From positions 930,001-994,000 of the forward strand of contig JAQGDQ010000034.1 in assembly GCA_030141605.1 (NCBI GenBank): a DNA stretch of 64,000 bases. Reading direction: 5' to 3'. The notes under the pieces were generated by a model. The model saw only the letters and a list, made by a program, of their open reading frames with translations, had not been told where the DNA came from and did no database searches. Positions 37,101 to 50,378 of the stretch are shown one piece after another. The position numbers and the translations under genes are program-made. This DNA comes from Tubiluchus corallicola. Lineage: Eukaryota; Animalia; Priapulida. Position 1 is the first letter of the stretch, and each line of letters begins with the position of its first letter.

Positions 37101-40100
37101 GAGGGGGAAGGGGTCAATCCAAAGGCACATCTTGTAGATCTGGACCTTGTCGTCTGAACTATGGATTTTTTTCGTCTGGTCAAGGAATTTTGTCTGCTCT
37201 GCAGTAGGCATACACTGTGATTTCTATAGCCCCCTTGAGTCCATCTCAACAGAGACAACAACTGCTGTACGAAGTGCAACTGTTACATCATAGTGGGACT
37301 CATAAGAAGCAAAGGTGAAAATTCATAATTTAGTGTTTGTAGTGCTTAGATTGCAATTTTATTGCGTTTGTATCTGTAACATGAAAAATGTTTTGTCATA
37401 ATTATTTTAATTTACTATGGACTTAAGGAATATGTCAGACAGTACTTTCTAACCTGTCACACTGTATTTAGAAGCCAAAATTTCAAACTGATATTGAAGG
37501 AAAATTAACGAATTACAGCTTTTTAACATTTTGCTGCCTTAATTAATTGGAAAGCAAATGTATCAGTGTTTTGAAGCCAAGCAAAGAATTGGCAAACACC
37601 ATTGGATGAATGCGCAATACTGAAAAACATTATTAATAAGGGCAATTAGAGCTTTGGAAATAAATGGTAATCCTTTGTTTAGATGGAAGCTGGATGAACA
37701 AGACAGAATTTGTGGATGTGGCTTAGAGCCTGAAACTTTGAAACATAATGTATAATCCTGCATTTTTTATGAAAATGAGACAGGTACGGTTGTTTGGGAT
37801 ATTTCAGATGAGGAGTGTGTGACTTGGTTATTGTTTCAAAATGTTAAGGCAGCAAGTTTCTTAACGATGTAATGAAGAGACGTCAGGAGATTAGAATTAA
37901 GAGACTGGTTTGAAATTATTTTTTTTCAGTCGAATAGCAGTTTTTTACTGCTCACCTTGATACAAAAAGGCCTATAGGCACTGGACTGAATTGAACATAG
38001 GAGTGTCTAGTTTTTTGCTAGATTACTGCTGTGTTTTCCGCTCTTGAGGGTAGATTTCTTTTATTTTGGAATTTTGCCCATAAAGATAATTATGACTCTG
38101 CTTGACCAATGTCTATAACAGACGTGATGACTGATTGAAAGAATCGACCAAAGATTATCTATAGAAATGCCTGTCCGATGTTGGGATATCAGAAGCCAAT
38201 TTTACACTGTAAATTTCACACATAAATTTTAAAATCCTCCTTCTCCACTTTCGTTTTTGCTTGCATATTACGTTTTTCTGGCTACACAAATAATTATATT
38301 CATTTTATTATATTATTTTGTTCATTGTTTTACAGTTATAATTAAGTTTTCTATTTTTCATTGAGTCATAATTATCTATTTAGTTGCACACTCATATTCT
38401 ATTGTATATATTTTGTTTCATTTCCGCTTCAATATTTGAAGAATTTCTGCTTCTCTATAATAGTTCTTTTGTTTCAAAGTCCTCCTGGCATTATGCTTAA
38501 TAGGCATAATTTCATTGAATAAAATTGCGTATTTCCGTTTCAGTTTTTAGTTTCATTTTATCATGCACATTTTGTTTCCTTTACTGATTTTTTATTTGCC
38601 CTTTATTTTCTTCTTTCGGTTTGGCTTAATCTTATAGTTTGTTTATGCTTTAGTCGGTTAGTTATATGCTTTACATATTTCATTGATCATCATTGCATAA
38701 TATAATTATTTCATTTTATCATGATGGTTCCTTGTTGCACAGTCTATTTAGTTACTTCGTTTTCATGTTTTATTTCTTCCCCTATAGATTAATGTTAATA
38801 GTTGATGTTCTTATCCTGCTTCATAATTTTATTATAGGGTATAATTAGTAGCGCTACAATTTTTTTAACAACTTACACTAACATGAGAAGGGTAGCTGAG
38901 TTGACGAGCAATTGGCTTCCCGTTACCCTTTCTGCTGCACCTACCCAACTTTTTCCTTTATGCATAATTTATTCTGATTAATCAACATTTATAGCAATTA
39001 TAGTCTATTTTGTATTTTGGTGTGAATGAGGAGAAAACTAAAAAATGTGGATTTCTATGTCTATGTCTAGAAGATTTCCCACGTTGATAGTAAAATTTTA
39101 GCCGAAAAGGCGAAAAGCAAAATCCGCAAAATTGTAGTCGTGGTTCACTGGTTGTCGTTTGTCTAGAATTTGAATGTGCATTTCACTTGTCGCAGAACCA
39201 TGTAAGACTAGTGATTGTTCCTGGCCGTACCGGTGTTAGAGTAGGGTAAGTTATATTATTTCAATATTTTTGTGTAATTTTGAGTAGGCTGTACCCAAAA
39301 CATTTTAAGATATTGTCTCTCGATTTGTTTTCGTCACTATGAATCTGTCATAAAACAACTTGAACTAAATTAGCAGCATTAGTAATTATATTTACAATTA
39401 CAAATCGTTTGAATATGCTTTAGACAAAGCTTTCCAAATGCAGCCTGTTGTTAAATACTGTACTTCTGTAGGCCCACTAAAAGTTGGTTTTTAAAAATTT
39501 ATTTTTGAGCTCCCTGTTATGATTATGATTCATATTTCTGTATTAGTCTTCATTACATTGTGTTATGCAAGTGCAGTGATTTTGTGTTAGAATGTGTTGA
39601 GTCAAAACCAGTTTGTTTTTGTAAATGTACAGCCAGTTTGTATAGTAAAATGTGCCAGCTTCTTGCATGGTTTGAGGTTCAAGTCCCAATTGATTCGTAC
39701 TTTTTCTGCATCTCCTTGTATCAGTAAGATAATTGTTAAGTTAGTTGCTATTTAATATAAATTGTTACCAGTTTTCCATTTGGCATATCTTACCTTCTTT
39801 TATTAAAACGGAGAAATTTGTTTTTTTCTCGTAATGCGTAAATGAGTATATTATGTGCGAAACTGACAAGGCTGTGCAGTTTTTTTAATATGAAAAAACT
39901 AAATTTATAAGAACTTCAAACATAAATTTTTAATTCCATTCTGACTATAATTTATTTACGTGAACCACATTGTAGGATAATGCATCCGTGGTTATACAAA
40001 TATCTATACAATATAAATGCCGCAAGTAAACATTCCATTAAGGGATTTATACAAACATCTAACCAACATTAATTTGTAAATAAATATTCCTTTACAGCGA

Positions 40101-40329
40101 TTTAAAATTAAATTTGTTTGTAATTTGCTTGTTTTTAAGCTGCGGTAAACTGGTTTAACAGTTCCAAGAGCAAGCTACTTGCATTCACTAAGGGCATATA
40201 ATGGGTTTAAATGACAATGCTGAGTTGATGGATTTGTAGAGCCGCCTACTCAATGCAGTAGTGTGGTGAGATGTGAATTTTATTGCATATTGCACTCGAT
40301 TTGTTCTCATAGAAGAGCTACGGTACATC

Positions 40330-41505
40330 ATGACTTGTGACAACCGTGACACGTCTTCGCAACGCAAGGCTTTCTGCTACGGAAGAGAACACTTTATGGC
40401 AATTATGTTATGTGTTCTCCTGAGTTTAGTTATCATCCAGTACACAGTCAGTGTTTTACTCAGCAAGACTATTCCGTTTACTCCAGTGCTCTTGGCTTAT
40501 TTTAACGCTTCATTTATTTCTTTTTCGGAACATTCAACCAAAGTTTACCATTACACAAGGGAAAGTTTTAAGGGTTTTGATGTAGTGACACCACCTATGC
40601 CCGTAAAGAGCTCAAACAACTCGGTATTGGTAAATTCAACAGTCGGTTTACCGTTGTGTCCATTGCTTCCACCGAAACTTGTGGGGCCGATTAAAGTCTG
40701 GATGGACGTGCCATCTTGGGAAGAAATTTCCAATCGATATAAAAATCTAATGCCTGGTGGTCGATACCGACCGCCAAACTGCACGTCTCGCCATCGCGTT
40801 GCTATTATTGTGCCGTACAGAGACAGAGAGGCACACCTCAAGGTGTTTTTGAACAACATTCATTCACTTCTACAAAAACAGCAATTAGACTATGGCATAT
40901 TTGTGATCGAGGAGATCGCTGGAGTGCAGTTCAACAGAGCAAAGTTACTCAACATTGGATTCACCGAAGCGGTGAAGGATTATGATTATCAGTGTATGAT
41001 ATTTCATGACATTGACTTGGTACCCGAGGACGACCGAAACATCTACTCTTGTCCTGATTTGCCGAGGCATATGAGTGTCGCGATCGATCGTCTCAACTAC
41101 AAACTGCCATACGCTAATATCTTTGGCGGCGTTGGAGCCTTGAGGAGGGAACAATTCGAGCTTGTTAACGGATTCTCTAATCAATTTTGGGGGTGGGGAG
41201 GTGAAGACGATGATATGTTTAACAGACTGCACAAGCACGGGTTGAAGATAACACGCTATCCGGTAAGCATAGCCAGATACAAGATGCTGAAGCATTCTAA
41301 AGCTAAAGCAAATCCAGACAGGTATAAGATATTATATTCTGGTCACAAGCGATTTCAGAGCGACGGTTTGTCAAACCTTGAGTATAAAATTGTGAAGAGA
41401 GACACAAAAAGGCTGTTTACTTGGGTCTTAGTTGATATAGGTAAAGGTGCCAATACTACACTATTAGCAAGTTTAAGAACTCTCAAAAAACCTTCTACTA
41501 GCTGA
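40330..41505 (+). CDS. bre-4: Beta-1,4-N-acetylgalactosaminyltransferase (GT7/B4GALT family, bre-4-like), single coding exon, ~391 aa
   Basis: Acceptor TTTGTTCTCATAG ending 40312, ATG 40330; type II signal anchor; AIIVPYRDR, FNRAKLLNIG, FHDIDL (DxD), YANIFGGV, WGWGGEDDD, KMLKH. Symbol indicates the family, orthology not proven. Confidence 0.93.
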   Translation: MTCDNRDTSSQRKAFCYGREHFMAIMLCVLLSLVIIQYTVSVLLSKTIPFTPVLLAYFNASFISFSEHSTKVYHYTRESFKGFDVVTPPMPVKSSNNSVLVNSTVGLPLCPLLPPKLVGPIKVWMDVPSWEEISNRYKNLMPGGRYRPPNCTSRHRVAIIVPYRDREAHLKVFLNNIHSLLQKQQLDYGIFVIEEIAGVQFNRAKLLNIGFTEAVKDYDYQCMIFHDIDLVPEDDRNIYSCPDLPRHMSVAIDRLNYKLPYANIFGGVGALRREQFELVNGFSNQFWGWGGEDDDMFNRLHKHGLKITRYPVSIARYKMLKHSKAKANPDRYKILYSGHKRFQSDGLSNLEYKIVKRDTKRLFTWVLVDIGKGANTTLLASLRTLKKPSTS

Positions 41506-44264
41506 TCACATCTTTAATATGTACGAGTACTCAAGTTAATGGAAGCCAATTGTTTGCCAATTCTGTACTTGTGCATTATAACTCATAACTTTGTTTATAG
41601 TATATTCAGTCCAGCCAGATTTAAGTACATATGTTTTTCAGATTGTTTTATAGCTTTTGCTGCATAAAGATATTACCATTAACACACTGTCAACTATGGC
41701 CACCCAACTATGTGTGTCCAGTCATCTAAAATCTAACTTGCCAACAACACTTTTGCCAATTCCATTTTGCCAAATGGCATAGTTTTTAATTGTTTAACAT
41801 TCGTAGCGTATTTTTTATGTAGCTCATCATTTTGAGAGATGCAAGTGACATAAATGCATCGTCATAAAATTTGGTAAAATTTGACATCGATTTAATTTGT
41901 CAATCAACGGATGGATTACATTTGATCGTGTGTCAACCAACTAGGCCAACTGAAAAAAATTCACTTTTTCAGATAATCTATGACGGTATAAAAGCCCCGT
42001 GAAACCATAGTCCATAACACCCCTAGCTGTCTTTTATTTGTGGGCTTCTAAATTACAAGGTTTTTCATATATTTCACTCCTAGTAGTACTTTTCTAAGTT
42101 GTTTAGGACAGCAGTGTGTTAGATCTATCTAGTTACTCTTAGAGTTTGTTTAGGGTACTTTTCTTCAATGTTATTTTAGTTTAGGAATAACTTTGCAAAG
42201 GAAACTATGCCGTTTGCGCATAGTTATAGACTAGTCAGTGTTCAGTAGTCACCTACCTGTAACAAAGGTAGAATGAATCGATTCTTACGAAATAGGATAA
42301 GGAACTCTAATTAAGGGCAGCAATTGAAGATACCTGCCTGTCCTTCATTTTGAAGCTTATGGATAAAAATTTGCTTTGTCTGAATGTGAAGTTTCGAATG
42401 CAGTGACGCAGGCGTTGTGCAGGGCTAGACTAGTCGACAATTTATTTAAATTTTAGCCATGGCACTGCAACCATGACAATCATGTAGAACTGGAATTGTA
42501 TTGTACCAGCATCTTTCATAGCTTTATACTTTTTTGCACGCCAAAGTTTTTAGTAAAATTCCGTAGTTAATCTCACTATAAATAGGCCAAAGATTGTGTT
42601 GTTGTATTATCATACTGATTCACTTTCATGCCGCCAACTATGTTATAATCACTGTCCTCATGTATTGATAGTGTATTTTTGCATCTATATACTTTTATAA
42701 TGATTATTTGGGGTCGTACATGCAATCAGCAAATGTCTCAGAATTACTGGATGTATATATGATATGCATTCAATTTCACACTTTATATTAGGCAGAAAGT
42801 GGGCCTACTTTATCAAATGCTCACTCCTCGAAAAGTAGTTTAGTCAATTGTTTTGGCCAGTTTTTTCAACTTTTATTAATTATATTCTCCCTGGAGTGAA
42901 TTAGTGTTATATGACATATAAGTTTTAAATCTTACTTTTGAATCTCATAATTTACATATTGTAAGGCTGTTGTTCCGCAGTAACCGCTGAAGTGTTCAGT
43001 GACAATGCTCTCGCCATCTGTGAAGCTGTTATTAAGTTAACAGCAGCCAGTGTATCTTTAATGTGCTACATTTTGTTCTCTGAGCCAATGAAAGTGAAAT
43101 AAAGTACAGCATGGCCTGTTGAATAAGCTCAGCTGTTCACGTTCAACGTTTATTGCTGATGTTGCGTGCCTACGCCACTGTAATAAGATAAATCTAGCAG
43201 ATTATTATTGGAGATTAAATTGATTTTTTTGTAATAAAGAGCGGAGTTGAAAATATTTCGCTTGCGGAGTAATATAAAGACAGGTCTGTTTCGCCGTGAT
43301 TTCTCGACATGCCGGAGCCCATTATCAGAGTGGGTGGTGGTTTATCTTTCATTGCTATTTAGCATTGATAATCTCGAGCGTGCAATAATAATCTGAGTAT
43401 ATTTTATACCACCTTGGATCTCTGACAACTCATTATTTTGCCAGAGAGATTATTTCATTTTGTAAATAGATTATATCCTGTTCGTTGTAGTCGCATAACA
43501 GACCTAAACTTGTTTTTGAGATGAATTATAACGCGTCGACATTGCATTCCTATTGGAATTCGTAGAATCTCATTTTCATCATTTCGAACTTTTGTGATGC
43601 GGTAACGTTGCGTATCTTTCCTTCCACATTAGCTCACATGATGTAATTTTATCCTGTCGTTTCCTAAATTTCAGTAGTGTGATAATGATGATATATTCTC
43701 TGACGGAAACGCTAACCCACTTTTCTCACCAAATTGCCTTACTGTATGCGGGTTTTTTCCCAAGGCTGTGCGTGAAATTTTCGCGGATTTGAGTGACGCT
43801 GGCCCACATTATGCGAGCTTATTACAGTATTATCACTCAGAAACTGAAGCTTGCCTTGCGCTGCTACTGTATACACCGGGCTGATTTATTCTTATTTTAT
43901 CAGCGAGTGTTCGTTGGTTTGTCTGGTCAGATCAATGTCAGGCTGTGGCAAATTTAGCGCCTGAGCTATGAGACTAGTAGATAAACGTTATTGTTTCAAA
44001 ATCAATTTACCTTTATTACCATAGTTTTACGTTTCTAGCTGCAGTTTCCCCGTGACATTAAACCACGTATTGCACGCTGTATAATAGATTATGTTGTCAT
44101 AAATATGACCGAATAGAAAATAGACCCTTCTTCTGGTTACTAACCAAGCACTTTCCTTTTCTTTTAATATTTACCTTGTTTTGTTTCTTTATTATGTTTG
44201 TCTACTATTTGTAAAAGAAAAATGTGATAAATGCATCAACCATCTTGGGTATTTCCATTATGCA

Positions 44265-44792
44265 GCATGGCACCAGAATGTATTAACTAGCAAGAAATTA
44301 AATCTTAACGTAAGACTTCATTATTTAATGCTTACGTTGCCAAATATTTATGTACAACAGTGAAACTTGGGGTTTAACGCTTACTCAAGAAATGCAGATT
44401 GACACATTTCATAGAAGTCTTCTTAGGAAAGCTTTAAAGATAAGATGGCCATAATCAATAATGAAGATTTATACACCAGAACAAAAGAAATTTGTTGGAG
44501 TTCAGAAGTCAAGATCCGAATATTAAGATGGCTAGGACACCTTCAAAGATTACCAAGTGAACCACCAGTAAGAATCGCCTTAAAGGAAGCCATAAAACCT
44601 TGTAAAAAAACCACCTGGTAAACCTAAGTTGGATAGCTAAGATAAATAAAGATGTTCAACAACTTCAACCAAATCTATCTTTAGGAGTAGAAGAATTTAC
44701 GCTGTTAGCTGCAGATAGAAGTGGGTGGAATGCTCTGATAAATGTTGATACCTTAATGCCTACAACAGGTGGAATGAGATTTTGAAGAAGAA
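44265..44792 (+). mobile_element. RTE-clade LINE 3' end
   Basis: Frameshifted translation MYNSETWGLT...IDTFHRSLLRKALKIRWP...NNEDLY...ILRWLGHLQRL...PVRIALKE; ends in TGAAGAAGAA. Confidence 0.85.
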
Positions 44793-44875
44793 CATAGCAC
44801 CTCTGATAATTTGATGCCATGTCGATCTGCTGCTAGGTGATAGGTAATGAACTCACAGGAGACAGGTCAGTTTTA

Positions 44876-45452
44876 GCTAGGAAAAAAGTCGCAGGAAGAA
44901 AGTCACAATTTTGTCTAGGGTTAGGGTTAGTTTTTTTTACTTTTGTGCCCTTTTTTCTAGTTTCATAAATTTATTATAAATTGAGTCTTAAAGCATTAGA
45001 AGAAAGACGCATAATTTGTGATTTGTGCATGTGTTACAAAATTATGCATAAGTATGTTGATATAAACAGCGAGACATTTTTTACCAAAGCTAAGAGTAAT
45101 TGCTCATTAAAATTCTTTGTAAGGCGTACAGGTATGACACCTGTCTCAAACCGTGTTGTTCCGATATAAAACTCATTGCGTGCGTTTTTAAATCATTCGC
45201 CATTAGTAACTGCTGGAAATGTTAAGTTATTTCGTAAAAGACTCGAACATGTTGATTTGACAAGGTTTCTTAAATTCTAGAGACACATGTAAGTAGCTTT
45301 GCTTTGTGTGTCCTGCTGTACATCTTAATAAGTGCTAATTATTTAGTACGCTAGTAGTTGTACTGTATTTTTATTTTTCAGATAAATGTCGTGTTATGTA
45401 CTAATCGATGTGAATAAACTAAACTTTTTTCTGTGACTTTTTTACCTAGATT
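44876..45452. mobile_element. Small TIR element split by a LINE insertion
   Basis: CTAGGAAAAAAGTCGCAGGAAGAAAGTCACA left end and TTTTCTGTGACTTTTTTACCTAG right end; internal GGGTTAGGGTTAG. Confidence 0.6.
44965..45425 (+). mobile_element. CR1-clade LINE 3' end
   Basis: LSLKALEERRIICDLCMCYKIMH...SNRVVPI*NSL is the CR1 ORF2 C-terminal signature; ends AATAAACTAAACT. Confidence 0.8.
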
Positions 45453-45499
45453 CTGTGCCACATGCCCAAGCATCCACGTTGTTTAAGCCAAGTATACTA

Positions 45500-46093
45500 A
45501 GTCAAGTCATTCTTCAGTTTGTCCTCCTCGTGGCTTCCCAGGTGTTATGTACCTGGGAAGCCATAATTGTTGATGTAATACTGTAGTAAGTGGATAATTC
45601 TGTGATAATCTTATGACATGTCCAAATCCATTGGCACTTCTGTGTAACTTCACTCCATTTTTTGTCGTTAAATTTCATGTACATATGGATCCTGATTTGA
45701 AATTTTGTTTGGACATTTTACATCCAAAATCTTTCTGTACAGACGTCTTTAGAAGGCATTGATTTCAATCTTTTGGACAACTTTGATTGCCCACTATTGA
45801 GTCATACTAGAATACAGGTTCTAGTATGTATAGATCCTGATTTGAAATTTTCTTTGGGCATTTTGCACCCAACATCTTTCTGTACAGACGTCTTTAGAAC
45901 GCATTCATTTCCTTCTTCTGGGCAACTTTGATTGCCCTGTAGCGGATAGCCCTATAGGCTGAATAGGCTGAAGCCCAAGGCCCGGGATCACAAGGTGCCC
46001 GGCAAAATAAACGAAAAAAAATAAATTGACAAAAGAGCAAGGGGTCTGCCAAAATAAAATAGATTGCCCACTATTGAGTCATACTAGAATACG
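45500..46093 (-). mobile_element. RTE-clade LINE fragment with internal duplication and a secondary insertion
   Basis: Minus strand NAF*RRLYRKILDVKCPNKISN and FGHVIR; segment ~45687-45815 repeated from ~45832. Confidence 0.7.
45938..46061. mobile_element. 124-bp insertion with 8-bp TSD
   Basis: GATTGCCC at 45930-45937 and 46062-46069; the empty site GATTGCCCACTATTGAG is preserved in the duplicate at 45785. Confidence 0.85.
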
Positions 46094-47323
46094 GTAAGTC
46101 TGGTAAGCTTAGCGTATGCAGTCAAGGCAAATGCGTGGACATCAGCCTCAGTCCCTAGTAAACTACCCAGACGTTTACATTTCTTCCAAGAAGTACTACC
46201 ACCCTATTCGCAACCAGTCATCTGATTTAATATAGATTTAATTATCTAACACGACTAATCTATTCTAATCTAATCTGCCATGCCTTCTCTCAAAACAATG
46301 TTTCAGATATTTGTGCATCTTTGAGAACAAAATGTAGCACTTTCTTCAACTGGTACTATTTTTTTATTAATATGACTCATGTTTTTATTTTAAGTACCTT
46401 TTGTCGTAGTTAAAAGCTGTTAAAAATGACGTGACGTCACTGAGTCATGTTGCCAAATTGTTTTAAGCTCATTAGAAGCATAAACTAAGTGGATATTAAC
46501 CATCATAATTAGTGCTGTAGTTAAAGTATAAACTTATTAATTAATTTTAAAATTATCATGTCTTTTATTGCGTATGTTATTGAAATGGATCATGTATAAT
46601 CCTTTTTGTTTTTTATTTTACTTTGCATTATGTTGGCCAAATTGTGATTGCATCGTGCGTACCAGGATGTGTAAACTTTGTCAAGAACTGAGATCATTTT
46701 AAGTTATTCATACGTGTTATTTTATTGCAATTTTGTTGCATCAGTGCTATGCCACATATCACTAGCTGTCTATATTTGTGGGGTATTTTCTGTATATTCG
46801 TGCCATTCAAATTTAGATTAGATTATATCACTGAATACTCGTGCTCGATGCATGGTGTTCTCAAGCTTGCACTTTTTGCCAACTTCCAGTGATGATGTTT
46901 AACAATTTTTATGTCTCACTTATTAACTTTTTATAGCTGCTAGAAAACGTAGAACTAATTTGATTATTTTTTATGCAGGGAAAGGCTTAATTTATGTGTT
47001 GAGCACTTGCCAAAGAATATTATAATTAATGTAATGTTTTAGCTGCCAATCATGCCAAAGATAATTATTTCATGTATATTACTGTGCACTTATTATAAAT
47101 TTTCTTGTTTCAGAAAAGTAAAAATTTTGCATATTTGTTTTGTGCAATAAAATCATGCCATCTCCTTCTAAAGTCATTTTATAAATGTGTAGTACCATTG
47201 CTTAATAAATGTTACATTTATATATTGGGTTTATAAACTACATAATGTTTTTGTTTCATTTTATTATATCTTTGTATACATATACATTATTGCCTGTTGA
47301 GATTTGCTTCACACTAAATGATA

Positions 47324-47829
47324 CAGTCATACTTCCGTTGTCAAACGTCTCCGTACTTGTACAAATAGGTTTTCGGCCAGAAAATTCGAGCTGAAATTGC
47401 CTCCGCTCTCGACCAGAATTTCGGTACTCAACCAACCGCCAAATACGTGATGAACACATGCGCGGCGAGCCGAGTAGAGCCGAGCATAACCGACCGCGCC
47501 CGAGAGTAATCACGCACAAAATTTGAATATCGCAAAGTGCTTTCTAGGCTTATTTTTCTCCGCTTTTTCATGCAGGAACAATTATGTTGTTCTTTCAAAG
47601 TAATTCTGTTATGTTTTTCTTATCAATTATATCATATCTACTGTTTGAATAAACAATTTTGCATTATTACATTTCGTTTTAGTAACACTTTACAGTTCAT
47701 TTGGTGCTTGAGAACGGATTATTTGCTTTTACATTATTTCTTATGAGAATACATGATTCGGTACTCAACTAAATCGGTTTTCAAACACTTTTTAGCAACG
47801 AATTATGGTCGAAAACAGAGGTGCTACTG
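47324..47829. mobile_element. Diverged pogo/Tigger-type MITE
   Basis: TA|CAGTCATACTTCCGTTGTCAAAC versus right end ACGAATTATGGTCGAAAACAGAGGTGCTACTG (imperfect TIRs); internal TTCGGTACTCAAC twice. Confidence 0.6.
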
Positions 47830-49048
47830 AATTACTAATGAAATTTCAGGTATGGGATTTCATGTAGCGACGTATGAGTAATGAAAAGCATTAATTCAGG
47901 TTTAGTCATTTGCTAAAATAAACAGTTCTGCAGTTTTGAAGAAGCTGGAGTGTTTACTGGTAGCACCGCTGGATCAGTTACGCTTCAAGCTGAAACTATT
48001 GGAAAATTTAACATTCTGTTGACATAATAGTGTTTGGGGCACATCAGCTAACACTAGCATTTATATGACTTCAGACTACTGTTAAGGGTTGTGGAGGGAC
48101 AGGGACTTAACTCATTGTCAAGGATAATCGGCTGAGATGAAACATTGAATTGGCAGAGGCACATTGGCTACGTTTGGCTAACGAGCCGCCCAGAAGTATG
48201 TTTAGTAGGTTTGCCAGAGTCACCCAACTATCTCCTAACCAGGCTTTATCACTGCAGCTGAGTACACACCATGACCGCTTGGCTTTTCCTCTTAATTAAC
48301 ACAACTTCTAATATGTATGTACTATTGTCTTTGTAACATTCATGATATAAATTGTTTAGTGCAGTACCTCGTAATACGATATTTACAAATTTAAACCTGT
48401 TAATAATAGCACGTATGGAGCTTTCATTAGACTCTCCCGAGAAAGAAAATAAACATTTTCTACAAAATAAATGCAGAGTCACGTTTACAATATTTCCACT
48501 AGAGAATGTGTGCAGCCATTTATTATATCAATATGCTTGGCTTTATTGTGTGTACGAGATTTTCTCTAATTGCGTCTCTACATGCAGGTTCTATTGATTG
48601 CATACTCATTACCCACTGCCCTTCAGGCCAGAACTGGTGGAATGGATATTGATCCAAGATCCCCGAATTATATATTGTTCACGAGAAAGATTGCATGCCG
48701 TAATTATAATTTATGTTTGACGAAGTAATTATGAAATTGGTAATCGGTTGAAATTAACAGATGTAGTCACTACCGTGAATGAGTAATAATCAGTGTGCAT
48801 ACGGAACAGAACCAGTTCTTTATAATACAGTTAGGAAATACCGTTGTAAAAACATCTATAAAACGCAACATCATTGTGTACTGTAAAGCATTATTCAGTC
48901 CGAAAAACAGAAAATTCTTTATTTGAATCGATTTGTACTGGTTATTATCAGAATCACTGCATTCTTTTTAAGAAACCTTTTTGAGTTTGGCAACAGAAAT
49001 CAGCAACCATCTCTTGCCGGCGTCAAAAGCGTCTAAAAACCCGTTTAT

Positions 49049-49170
49049 GGATACTTGGCCCTAGATATTTGGGCCCAGGCATTTCCTGCCAAACAATTTG
49101 GGTCTCAGTGTCTAGGGACTGAGTTGCCTTGGGTCCAAGTGCCCTAGAATCGGTTAACTCATAATCCTTG

Positions 49171-49223
<53 letters not shown>

Positions 49224-49420
49224 TGCGTGTGTGTGTCTGTGTGTGGTGAGTTTTATATAGTGAGTATATATATTAAGAATACATATGTATACCCTGCATG
49301 ACCATATCCAAATCTTGGAGCCCAAATGCTTGGACCTAAATATCTGTTTCCCAAATATTTGGAGCTCAATTGTATGGGGCCGAAATTGTCTGAGACTCAA
49401 ATGCTGGAGCGCAAGAATCC
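49049..49420. mobile_element. Foldback-like element with repetitive arms around a (GT)n/(GCGT)n microsatellite
   Basis: Left arm of TTTGGGYCC-like motifs starting GGATACTTG, right arm of GGRCCCAAA-like motifs ending CAAGAATCC; microsatellite ~49173-49245. Confidence 0.55.
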
Positions 49421-50340
49421 TGTAGCATCCTAAAAACCTCCAAGTGTTGCTAGCATAGGTGTTCAGAACAGGTGTAAGAAAGTGAACACTGTCAGTGTTC
49501 CTTTGTCCAATGTTAGATAAATTTACATCAGAAGTCTTGTAATTTCTGTGCCCGGTGGACTTGTGGTGTCTTAGTATATATGAGTGTTACCATGTGTTGA
49601 ATGAATAGGAATTAATTTGGCATATAATACAAAATAATTTATTTAATCACCATGCTGCAAGCATATTTTCTGCCTGCTGTTGACTTTCATTTATTATTAA
49701 GTTTGATTTGCCATCATAAAGTAATTAATTACTCTCTCAACATGGTGTACTTGATAACTGATTATTCTGTATTATTAAAAGCTTATCTATTGGGTGTCTG
49801 CTGTCTGCTGCTGATTCTTCATCGTTCCTTGTGTATTATTAATTTTATTAAAATTTAATAAATTATTTTGATGTGATTGAAATTGAGGGACAGGGCCAGG
49901 AGCTTGTATTTTATGTAATGCCTCTTGTTTTTTCTGTAGATCGAGGAATTAATTTTGTAAAAAGTGACATGGCGAGATACTGTAGTGTTGGCAGAACTTA
50001 ATTTACGTTTATATCGACATGCAATATGAGTTTGTTTTGATAATTCATGATAAACAGGCAGCAGAAAAATTAGTTTCCTTAGCTTTCCTGGTAATCGTGT
50101 TACCACATGTCCTAGAGTAGTTCAATAAAGTTCTAGGAGTCCAGTATTGATGAAAAAGACGAAAAGCACAATGTTTCGATGATTAGGGTTATGTGAACAG
50201 ATTATAATAAAAAATTCATAGAAAATACATGTATTAATCAGTCGTATATACTATTTTTGTGGGAAAATAAATTTGAGGAGTTTCTTTAAATAAAATTCTT
50301 TCATTTGTGTTTGTTAAATCATTTATTGAGAAATTTTCAG

Positions 50341-50378
50341 GACTGTGTAACACTGATTGGTGGAATTGAAGGATTTTG
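50341..50378 (+). other. Candidate 38-nt leader (5' UTR) exon upstream of PSTK
   Basis: Acceptor AAATTTTCAG and perfect donor TG|GTAAGT bracket it. Confidence 0.6.
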
